Source of the DNA: Paraspadella gotoi
Taxonomy: Eukaryota; Animalia; Chaetognatha
Assembly: GCA_051294375.1 (NCBI GenBank)
Contig: CM119267.1
Location: forward strand, 15,974,105-16,038,104
Direction of reading: 5' to 3'
DNA: 64,000 bases
In this document: piece by piece, positions 10,955 through 19,580 of the stretch
Layout of the letters: each line of letters begins with the position of its first letter
How positions within the stretch are numbered: position 1 is the stretch's first letter
Program-made: the position numbers and the translations under genes
Notes under the pieces: generated by a model
Seen by the model: the letters and a program-made list of their open reading frames with translations, nothing else
Database searches by the model: none
Told to the model about the DNA's origin: nothing

Positions 10955-12088
10955 ATGGACGCCTCAAACACTCTGGTGGGTTTGATTACCCAGATGCAGC
11001 AACTCGAGAATTCCATTGCCTCCATCGTGTTCGAATTGGTCCTCAAACTGTCCTCCTTGACCGACGCCAACATGTTTCTATTGGTAGAGAATGCAGAGGG
11101 TCGCAGGTTCGCGGGAAAACAGCAGATGTGCGACGCTTATCTCCAGGGAGCGCTAATGTCGTTGGGTGGGGAGACAGAAGTGACGCTAAGTCCCGTGGCG
11201 CAGTCGTTGTGCTTCCGCCGCGTCGACAACGTTGACCGCGGCGCCGATAGCGTTCTCCACAGGACCGCCAGATCTGTCGGCGTAAATGAACGCGCTCCTT
11301 CGACCTCCTCTTCGTTTCAACCCCGCGGTGGCAGCGCGATCCTCGGCGAGACCTTCCATCCCCATGTCACCGACTCTTTCCACGTTGGCAACAATTCTTT
11401 TGCTAGAAAACGAAACTTTGTGGAGGAAAACTCGTTCGATTTTCCTCAGACAAAGCAGCAGAAGACTTCGTTGATGAACGATGGTGTTACGATCTCTGAG
11501 CGGCCAGAAGACCTTTCTAAAGTCGAGATCCCTAAGCGGGAGGTCGACGAAGACGGAGACGTCGTGGTGGAGGACGGCATCGGAGCCTCCGAGCGAGATC
11601 TGGCAGTCGTCTGCCTCCCATCCGCCAACGACTCCCTCGAGTCTGTCTCCTTCAACGACGAGGCTCGACCCGACCCAGTGTCTTTCGCCCACGGGGTGGA
11701 GGAGTTGGACCAGTACTTCGCCGTCAGCGACAAGGTGCTCGCCGTCAAGTCCATACCTCTGGAGAAGTTCAAGGCGCTCGACTCTCAGTCACAATCGTTC
11801 GAGTACAAGTTGTTTACCTCCACCCTCTACGACATATCTAAGCTGGCCGCCAAATGCTCCCCGTCGTACGACAAAAAGAACCCCACCTCGAAAGCCCATT
11901 TTCACAACGTCTTCGAACGAGTCTGGAGCGAGTTCTCTTTCCTCGAACTCTTGGCCCAATTGGGCGTTCAGCCCAAAAACGGCTTCAGCATGCGAAACTT
12001 TGTCAGGGCGACTATGCAGAAGACTTACGGACACATATTAGACAAGTTGCTCTCCAACAGCATCAAATCGAGAGAGAGCGTTATGTAA
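10955..12088 (+). CDS. Uncharacterised family paralogue 4, 377 aa, intronless CDS
   Basis: N-terminal IVFELVLKLSSLTDANMFLLVENAEGRRFAG, basic patch RKR, C-terminal TSTLYDISK...RNFVRATMQKTYGHILDK. Confidence 0.87.
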   Translation: MDASNTLVGLITQMQQLENSIASIVFELVLKLSSLTDANMFLLVENAEGRRFAGKQQMCDAYLQGALMSLGGETEVTLSPVAQSLCFRRVDNVDRGADSVLHRTARSVGVNERAPSTSSSFQPRGGSAILGETFHPHVTDSFHVGNNSFARKRNFVEENSFDFPQTKQQKTSLMNDGVTISERPEDLSKVEIPKREVDEDGDVVVEDGIGASERDLAVVCLPSANDSLESVSFNDEARPDPVSFAHGVEELDQYFAVSDKVLAVKSIPLEKFKALDSQSQSFEYKLFTSTLYDISKLAAKCSPSYDKKNPTSKAHFHNVFERVWSEFSFLELLAQLGVQPKNGFSMRNFVRATMQKTYGHILDKLLSNSIKSRESVM

Positions 12089-12410
12089 ACGATAATCAAT
12101 GACGTCGGAATTCGATTTAATTTCTTTTGTCATATTGTCGGTTTTTTGTTTTTTTGGTTTTTTTTTGTAAAAATTGATTCCATTCGCCGATTTTTTAAAT
12201 TTTTTTTATCGAGAACCTTATTTCTTCTTTTCATCGCATCTGTTACTGTTATAAATTAGCATATTCTATTCTTTGGTTGGATTGCCAAAGCAATCTACGA
12301 ATTCGAGATTATCAATAACCCAGATTCCAAAAAGCCCATGTTACAATTTCATTTCTGTTTCACTGTATCGAATAATAATAATAATTCTTTTGTTAAGTGT
12401 TTTTTAAAAT

Positions 12411-13007
12411 ATGACTTCAAGACTCCTCCCTGGCGTTTTGGCCCCGTTTGTACATGCCACCGTGAGGGGCCGGTTCGTCGGTCTTCCTGTGCCAAGTCGG
12501 AGATTTTCTCGCTCTCTCCCATTATTCGTTGAATCCTCTCCGAATCTTCCGCCAGAGCCATCTTTCTACTCTCTCCTCCGAAACTCGAATTTCGTCAAAA
12601 TCGGCAATCTCCGTCAATGCCCGAAGACGGTCCGCGCCAGGATCGTTCACGTCATCGACGACGATCTCTACCTCGACTTTGGCGGAAAATTTAAAGCCGT
12701 GTGCCGGCGCCCTCGATCCAAAGCCGCTCGATATGTCCACGGAGCGGAGGTGACGGTGGCGCTGCACGACTTGGAAATGACGTCGCGATTTCTTGGCGCA
12801 GTACGAGACACGACGCTTCTCGAAGCCGACGCGACCATTCTCGGTTTAGCCGACGTTCCAACTGTCGAGAAGGAGGCGGAGACGGTGGACTTGACGGCCA
12901 CGTTGTCCTACTCGGGTTTGGAGGATCTGTTCGAAGCTGAAAACGAAAATGTGGTCGAAACCGAACATCAAACTTTGGACGGAGTCGATTCGCAAAATGA
13001 AAAATAA
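12411..13007 (+). CDS. MRPS28: Mitochondrial ribosomal protein S28 (bS1m)
   Basis: Arg-rich presequence followed by SFYSLLRNSNFVKIG...IVHVIDDDLYLDFGGKFKAVCRRP...DLEMTSRFLGAVRDTTLLEADA, the characteristic MRPS28 motifs. Confidence 0.93.
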   Translation: MTSRLLPGVLAPFVHATVRGRFVGLPVPSRRFSRSLPLFVESSPNLPPEPSFYSLLRNSNFVKIGNLRQCPKTVRARIVHVIDDDLYLDFGGKFKAVCRRPRSKAARYVHGAEVTVALHDLEMTSRFLGAVRDTTLLEADATILGLADVPTVEKEAETVDLTATLSYSGLEDLFEAENENVVETEHQTLDGVDSQNEK

Positions 13008-13044
13008 TTCGATATGAGTCTTATGAAATTGGTGTTCGAAGTTA

Positions 13045-13075
13045 TTTATGTTTATTTCTCCTTTTTTTTTCGTAG
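13045..13075 (+). promoter_or_regulatory. Strong 3' splice acceptor (candidate trans-splice site) upstream of NATD1
   Basis: TTTATTTCTCCTTTTTTTTTCGTAG ends 12 nt before the ATG, inside an 80-nt spacer with no strong GT donor. Confidence 0.6.
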
Positions 13076-13087
13076 ACTTTCACGATA

Positions 13088-13477
13088 ATGACATTTAACT
13101 TTTTGGGCAAATCAGCTTCAAAATGTAGCCTCAATTATCGAGCCTTTATCCCTCGAATGGCGCTCAATCGATTCTGCGACGCTTCCAACGTGAAAGTCAT
13201 CCACGACGCCGACGCTGAAGAATTCTACATTCCTTCCGACGAAGATGAGACCGTCAGGGCTTTTCTGAAGTACGAATTCGTGGACAAGGATCACATTTGC
13301 ATGCACCATACTGAAGTCCCAGAAGAATTTCGAGGCCGGGGCATCGCCAAGCAGCTCGCCATCGCCGCCTTTGACTTCGCCGTCGAGGAAAATCTCTCCG
13401 TAACACCCACCTGCTCGTACGTTCTCAAGTTCGTCACGGAAACTGAGAATCAGGACTACAAAAACAGAATCGTGTGA
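13088..13477 (+). CDS. NATD1: NATD1-like GNAT acetyltransferase (Acetyltransf_CG)
   Basis: MHHTEVPEEFRGRGIAKQLA...PTCSYV motif, with a presequence-like N-terminus. Confidence 0.88.
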   Translation: MTFNFLGKSASKCSLNYRAFIPRMALNRFCDASNVKVIHDADAEEFYIPSDEDETVRAFLKYEFVDKDHICMHHTEVPEEFRGRGIAKQLAIAAFDFAVEENLSVTPTCSYVLKFVTETENQDYKNRIV

Positions 13478-13501
13478 AAAAGGCACAATTTTAAAGGCAC
13501 G

Positions 13502-14515
13502 ATGGCCATGAATTTTTTTCAACTGGGCATGTCTATTTTTTGGGGAATCATCGTGACTTTTTACATTCTTTACAAATTCCTTCGTCATCCCGTAAAATCT
13601 TGGCGCACAGTCCGACGCGGGGCGCCCCCTGTCGACCTTCAAGACTCTGTTTTCGGGGTTCATCGTCACGCCTTTCTCCCGGAGCGGGGCCTGACGCTGC
13701 ATTACGTGGAAAAGGGTCCCGCGGACGCCGACGTACTCCTCTTCGTTCACGGCTTCCCCGAATTTTGGTATTCGTGGCGCCACCAGATTCTCGAGTTCTC
13801 GCGTCAGTTTCGCGTCGTAGCCGTCGACATGCGCGGCTATGGTGACTCCGACAAGCCGGAAGGGATCGCCGCCTATGCCGTCGACCATCTCGTGGAGGAC
13901 ATTCGGAGCCTGATCCTTCATCTCGGCGCGAAGAAGACACATCTGATCTCTCACGATTGGGGCGGCGCCGTCGCCTGGAATCTAACATCTCGCTATCCAC
14001 ACCTCGTCGACAGATTTATCGTGTGCAACTGTCCCATTCCCGGCGTCGCCGCGAAATTTATAAGGGAAAACCTGGGACAGCTTTGGATGTCGTGGTACAT
14101 GTTCTTCTTTCAAATCCCGTTCTTGCCCGAAATTTTGTTCCATTTGTGCGATTACGAAATTTTTGAAATGGGCTTTTGGCAATATCCATCCATGGGGTTC
14201 AAACAACCGGAGGCGTTTACTTCGAAAGACATGGAAACGTGGAAATACGTATTCGCCAAACACGGATTGACCGGCCCAATTAATTATTACCGAGCGGCGA
14301 TGCGGGTCCCAAAAATCAAATTCGAACCTTTTTCCAATAAATCTTTAATCATTTGGGGGAGTGAAGATGGGTTTTTGCACAAAGAATTGGCCCAAAGGTC
14401 AGCAACAAAAATTCCAAATGCAACTCTTAAATTTGTTGACGGCGCTTCTCATTGGGTGCAGCAAGATAATCCTACTGAGGTGAACAGAATTATTTGGGAA
14501 TTTTTAGAAAATTAA
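13502..14515 (+). CDS. EPHX4-like: Epoxide hydrolase 3/4-like alpha/beta hydrolase
   Basis: N-terminal membrane anchor, HGFPEFWYSWRHQ, DMRGYGDSDKP, nucleophile motif SHDWGG, SWYMFFFQ, GPINYYRA and catalytic His in ASHWVQQD. Confidence 0.93.
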   Translation: MAMNFFQLGMSIFWGIIVTFYILYKFLRHPVKSWRTVRRGAPPVDLQDSVFGVHRHAFLPERGLTLHYVEKGPADADVLLFVHGFPEFWYSWRHQILEFSRQFRVVAVDMRGYGDSDKPEGIAAYAVDHLVEDIRSLILHLGAKKTHLISHDWGGAVAWNLTSRYPHLVDRFIVCNCPIPGVAAKFIRENLGQLWMSWYMFFFQIPFLPEILFHLCDYEIFEMGFWQYPSMGFKQPEAFTSKDMETWKYVFAKHGLTGPINYYRAAMRVPKIKFEPFSNKSLIIWGSEDGFLHKELAQRSATKIPNATLKFVDGASHWVQQDNPTEVNRIIWEFLEN

Positions 14516-14772
14516 TACGATGAATTAACTGATCCACATCCTTTAATTTTTATTAAAAAAATTATCCATTTGTCAGTCATGACGCAAAAGCTAAAAGTTA
14601 TTGTTTTTTAAATATGTTGTGTTTTAAATTTTTATTCCATTTTTTCTAATTATAATTTTGCGAAATAAAAAGATTTTTTTCTTTAAAATTCATTAGTGAG
14701 CTTGAAAATGTTAAATGAATGAGACAGAATGATCTTTTTTTAATTACAAGTTTTGAGAATAAAAAAAACTAA

Positions 14773-17700
14773 TTATTTATCTTGGCTCTCATCTCGAAAA
14801 GGCATGATAGTTTTCAGAAGAGTTTGGAGTTTGTTGTAAAAGATAATAACGGACAATATAATAGCTGCCAAAACAATCAGAGCACCTAAAGAAATATTTG
14901 GGGTAAATTAAATATAAAGTTATTCTATTAGTCATAAGAATTGATCAGGGTGGTTCTTTTACCTGCCATCAATGGTATGTTGTTAACATCATTCATTAGC
15001 CTGACCAAAGGTGGCACAGTGAGGATGACAATTCCTGCTCCGAACTGACTGAATCCAGCCACTTTGCTCAAGTTCTCTGCCCCAAACACATCGGATTGCA
15101 CAGACCATGTGTTGACGGCCCATGTTCCACGACATATTCCAAGGAATATGCTAAATTTAAAAATCGTACCAATTTTTATTTGTTTATCGCAGTCACTTTG
15201 GCTTATTACATACTATAGTCTATATTATTAGACTATAGTTCCCCTTAGAATTCCTTTTTGGGTTACTTTTACTTTCGCAGACCGGGGTTAGGTTTAAAGG
15301 TGGTTTAGGGTTAGTGGTGGTTAGGGTTAAAAAGGTAAGTATTTTTAAGTGGTTTTTCAAAATCCGCCAAAACGCGGTCGGCGAAAGTAAAATTTAGCCC
15401 TAAAATATTGAGAAAATTGATCTTAAACCACTCGACCTTGAAAAAAATAGAAATTTTAGCTTTAACTGACATGAAAAAGTAGTTTCAATTTATCTCATTA
15501 TAAGAAAGCGTTTTATAAAATAATGGTCAGTTCGGTCTGGTTTAAGTAAGTAATTTTAATGGTCGAAAAAGGAAATTCGTTTTAAAAGAATTTTTATTAT
15601 ACTATTTTTTGGGGGAAAAAAATTCATTTACGACGAATATAAAAAATCACGAAGAAACCAGAATAAGTGGGATTTAACTTCGATGTACTTATCAAAATTC
15701 CTTAAATTTTTAGACGAAGTGGGATTTTTTTTTCCTAAGATCGGACGTTGTACAACATAATAAAACATACTGGCCTATATTAAATACTGGCTATAATAAA
15801 TTTGTGAATGCCATGTTTACCATCTCTTACCTCATAACCATCTGAGTAGTGTAGGCTCCCTCTGGTATTAATGAATAAGAGAACAATATGACAAATATGA
15901 GGTATTCGGCGATGAGAAAGAGATATATAGAAAATGTTGCTAATTTTTTGTTTGACGCCGCCAAACTGAACAAAATTCTCGCAGCAAGGTCTCCTCCGGC
16001 CATGGCCGCGGCAATATTCGCTGATTCTGGCGCATTAAGGATTTGTAGTATTTTTTTAAAAAAACGTTAGAAAATGATATACGCACCAGTTGCCGTTAAT
16101 TTCTTAGCCTCCTGGATGTAGGGAACGTGCAAAATTAAGATTGTAAGCATTCCACCAGCATGCACGCAAACGTAAAATATATAGAGTAAAAATTTTAAGT
16201 CTTTCAGAACGGTAAAGTCGAATCTTGTAGTCTTCTTGATCTCCTTCAAGTCTTCTTCCATCGGTTCTAATTCTAATATAAGATGGAAATGAGAATTTGC
16301 GATAGGAAAGTAATCAAAATCCACTGGGCCGTGCCTTCTTCTGGAAGTTCCTCGATAGTTTCTTCTACAATAGTAGTCATGGAATTGCCAGCTATAGACT
16401 TTCGAAACCCCTTGTTGGTATATCCACTCAAGCTGCTTCGTCGTGTTTTCGTGCTAAAATAAAATTACGCGTGATTTGTTAGTCTCTTTGTGTCACGACC
16501 TCCGTTCCTATTATGGAGACTCACGATTTGAAAGATACTTCTGGATTCAACGACGTTCTTCGCCTGGTGGGAGTTTCCTGATCCCTTTTGGCCGCAGAAA
16601 TTAAAAAGGATTGACGCCGCTCATCCGTCCATGAGGCATATCTAGTTCTCTGACCAAGTGGCACGGCCGCCATTGATAACAACATCCGCTAATGACATTT
16701 GTCAAAAAGATATACATTTTACATGAATGCGATTTTGATTAGCATTCGGGGAAAAGATTATCGAAAGGTTGAAACCAAAAAAAAATAGTTTTCTAAAATT
16801 TATTATAAAATATAGGTTAAAGCATAAACTGAGTATTCAAACCTCAACGTCGGCGGCATCCTCTTTCCTGAAGATTTGGTTCGAAAATTTTCTCCACATA
16901 TTTTTCTCTTGTTCTTCATCGATTGTCTTGTCTGCACTGCGCATGAAGAGACCGCAAAATATGATGAAGCAAAACAAGATGGCTAAAAATGGTAGTGATA
17001 AAATGATTTATTATTAGGCTGACGAATAATTATGGGATTGAATAGAACCTATGAGTAAAAGGGGATAAAACGCCGAGCCCAAACTTGGTTCCGATTCGAT
17101 CGTTTTCGTAGAATTGGTCGTGAAGTTAGTAAGCGAATTTTCGTCAGTGTTAACGTATTTGAGGAATTCAAGCAGAGGAAGGAGCGCCATGGGACCCACC
17201 GCCGAACCAGCCTCTACAACGGAATAGCCTAAGGCTCTTCTTCCGCTTTGCATGAAGACCTCGCCAGTGAGAATTACGCCTGAATGAATTATCATTACGC
17301 TATTACTACGTATTATTGGGTTTCTATATTCGCTATTATAATTTTCCGCGTATTCTACATGCTATCACGGAAATTTTTTTCATTTCGATAGAAAATAGAA
17401 AGCCGGATTGTTTGCACAGGGATTAAGTTAGCTGCGCTAAAAGCGGGGGATCATTTTTCTATTCTTCTCATTTCCACAAAAGATTTTCTTACTCGATATA
17501 AAAATTTATTTCATGTTAATTGTTAAGTCTCTTTGCTTTTTTTTTTCATTCGTAGTTTGTAATTCGTTTCGTTTATCGTACCCGGCGTGTAAACCATCGA
17601 CGCTCCGCCGTAACAGATGGCAACCGTGACGAATAAAAGTGCCAAATATTGAGAAAAAGTCATGATAAAAGCGCTTATAGTTGCGATGATGCCACCCACC

Positions 17701-18532
17701 ACAATGACAATTCGATGTGACCAGGCAGCCAGAGCAAATGGCAACAACAAGGATGTCAAATTAATCATGCTGGCTGCTATAGAGGGAATAAACGTCACCG
17801 TCGTTTTGCTGGTGTCCTATTTTGTTTTAAAATTAGTAAATTATATAATACGTAGCTATTAATATTTTTTGAGAACTTGAATACGTACAAACTCGTTTTG
17901 CCAGATGTCCAAGTAGAGAGAAAAACTCTGCATCGCTCCGAAAATTAGAGCGTTACTGAGAAACGAGCATGCCAAAATTACGTAGCACCAGTAATCATTT
18001 AACCAGTCTGGAATTTCGCACCACTTTTTTTCCTTTTCCTTAAAGAAAGTTTACTTTACGATTTGATTTATGAGCCGGGCTATTTTTAGAATAAAACGAT
18101 TACTCTCAGAAAATGAAAGAATAAATTGAACATAACTTTCAATCGTACCTGGGATTTCTTTGCCAAAGTCGGCGTCGGCGTGATTCCCTTGGAGACTTCA
18201 TCGGACGCCTTTCTCGAGTCGGAACCGTTTTTTGTTATCGTAGGAACAGATTTACTTCTGTCTCGTTGCTGTACGACGGTTCCCGTTGTCGAATCTATTG
18301 TCGAATTTATTACGTAATAAAATAAAAAACGGATACGTTGTAACTTACGAAATCATACGGTCGGTTTAGAAGTCGAAGTTTCGTAGTTATCTTCCCTTTA
18401 ATGACATTACGACTTACCTTTATCTTTCAATGACTGGGATCTGACGCGGTCGCGTTCCAAGATCAAAATTGGCGCGAACTTTTTTGCGCCCAACGAAATG
18501 GATCGACGCGAAACCCCGATAGCAGTCTCCAT
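14773..18532 (-). CDS. SLC16-like: SLC16/monocarboxylate transporter-like MFS protein, about 11-12 exons (including 18532-18418, 18294-18149, 18038-17889, 17816-17582, 17279-17049, 16982-16843, 16688-16525, ..., 16026-15831, ~15150-14963, ~14885-14773)
   Basis: The spliced product has TM1 YWCYVILACSFLSNALIFGAMQSFSLY, HRIVIVVGGII, RRALGYSVVEAGSAVG, a large central loop, FDFTVLKDLKF and DVFGAENLSKVAG...TVPPLV. GT-AG junctions are in phase; the junction near 16270-16340 is ambiguous. Confidence 0.85.
15260..15400. mobile_element. MITE with ~25-bp TIRs and internal TTAGGG-like repeats (in an SLC16 intron)
   Basis: Left end GGGTTACTTTTACTTTCGCAGACCG versus reverse complement of the right end GGGCTAAATTTTACTTTCGCCGACCG. 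The interior contains GGTTAGG/TTTAGGGTTAG units. Confidence 0.7.
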
Positions 18533-19069
18533 CACGAAGGGAAAAAATTGAATGGAAAATTGTTAGTTAAAAAAAATTTAAAAAGATTCGCTTATGAAGC
18601 GATTGGGGTTTTTTTCGAGGCCAAATATTCTCCGAGTAAATATAAAAACGGGAGAGGGAATGTCGCGTCTTTTCTTCGTGTCGGCCCAGTGCCGAGAGAG
18701 AGAGAAAGAGAGCAAGAAAGAGAACTATATTAGACAAGCGAGAGGGAGTATTTACAGGTTCACGAGTTCACAAAGTAAGAAGAGAACGAACAGATTTACT
18801 AATGAGATAGTGAAATCTCTGAAATTATGTACTTAGATTTACGAAAGTTTGAGACTTGAGTATTATATTATTTATTATATTAATTAAGGTATTTGATAAT
18901 AAAGTCACGCATAAATTATAACTATCACAGTAATGTAAAATTTAAAAAATGAAAATGAACTATATCAAATTCATACCGAGAAAGGGTTCTTCTTTTTTTC
19001 TTTTTAATTTTTCTTCTTTTTTTATTTTTTTAAAATTTTTCTTCTTTTTTTATTTTTTTCTTTCTAATC

Positions 19070-19580
19070 GGCTAAATTTAACTTTCACGGACCACGGTTT
19101 TGGTGGCTTTACCTAATTACCCTAACACTAAACCCTCTTAACCCTAAACACCCCTCACCAGGGGCGGCGAGAGAAAGGGCGGGCCCCTCCACTGGCCCCC
19201 TGGCCAGGTCCCCCCCCGCTCTCCATATTTTTTTTTAGTTTTCGATTACCGACTTTCTGGCTTGAAAATTAGGGGCACAGGGCCCCATTAAAAGTGAAAT
19301 GGACTATAACCCTGAGACAGTTGGGACATTCCCAATAAAAGGGCCTTGATTTGACTTAAATAGGGGCCCTACTTGACCCCTAAAGTCTAAAGGGGCCCAA
19401 GCATGATCTAAGTTGAATTTGATCAGTTAAACTATCTGCACAGACTTAACCTTTTTTCATAATCATTCAAATCCTTTTTTTTCCTTTTTTCTTTTTTCTT
19501 CTTTTCTTTCCTCCTTCCTTCCTCTCGCCGCCCCTGTCCCCAACCCTAAACCACCCCTAAACCACCCTTAACCCTAGCCC
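19070..19580. mobile_element. Second, diverged copy of the telomere-like-repeat MITE, interrupted by another element
   Basis: GGCTAAATTTAACTTTCACGGACCACGGTTTTGGTGG matches the end of the 15260-15400 element. CCCTAA-type repeats occur on both sides of the 19159-19536 insert. Confidence 0.6.
19159..19536. mobile_element. Non-autonomous TIR element (hAT/Harbinger-like MITE)
   Basis: Perfect 15-bp TIR CAGGGGCGGCGAGAG / CTCTCGCCGCCCCTG, with an imperfect 8-bp flank (CCCCTCAC vs TCCCCAAC). Confidence 0.7.

Noticed and set aside
13118-13954. 278-aa - strand ORF spanning NATD1 and EPHX4-like
   Set aside because: Antisense shadow; it crosses the junction only because the two sense ORFs share a frame.
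12411-14515. Horizontal transfer of a bacterial operon (intronless, tightly packed genes)
   Set aside because: MRPS28 with a presequence and EPHX4-type motifs are animal-like, neighbouring genes have spliceosomal introns, and the spacers show splice acceptors rather than clear Shine-Dalgarno motifs.
16265-16340. Possible GC-AG intron or in-frame retained intron in SLC16
   Set aside because: The frame is open either way and the putative GC donor is weak; it cannot be decided without transcripts.
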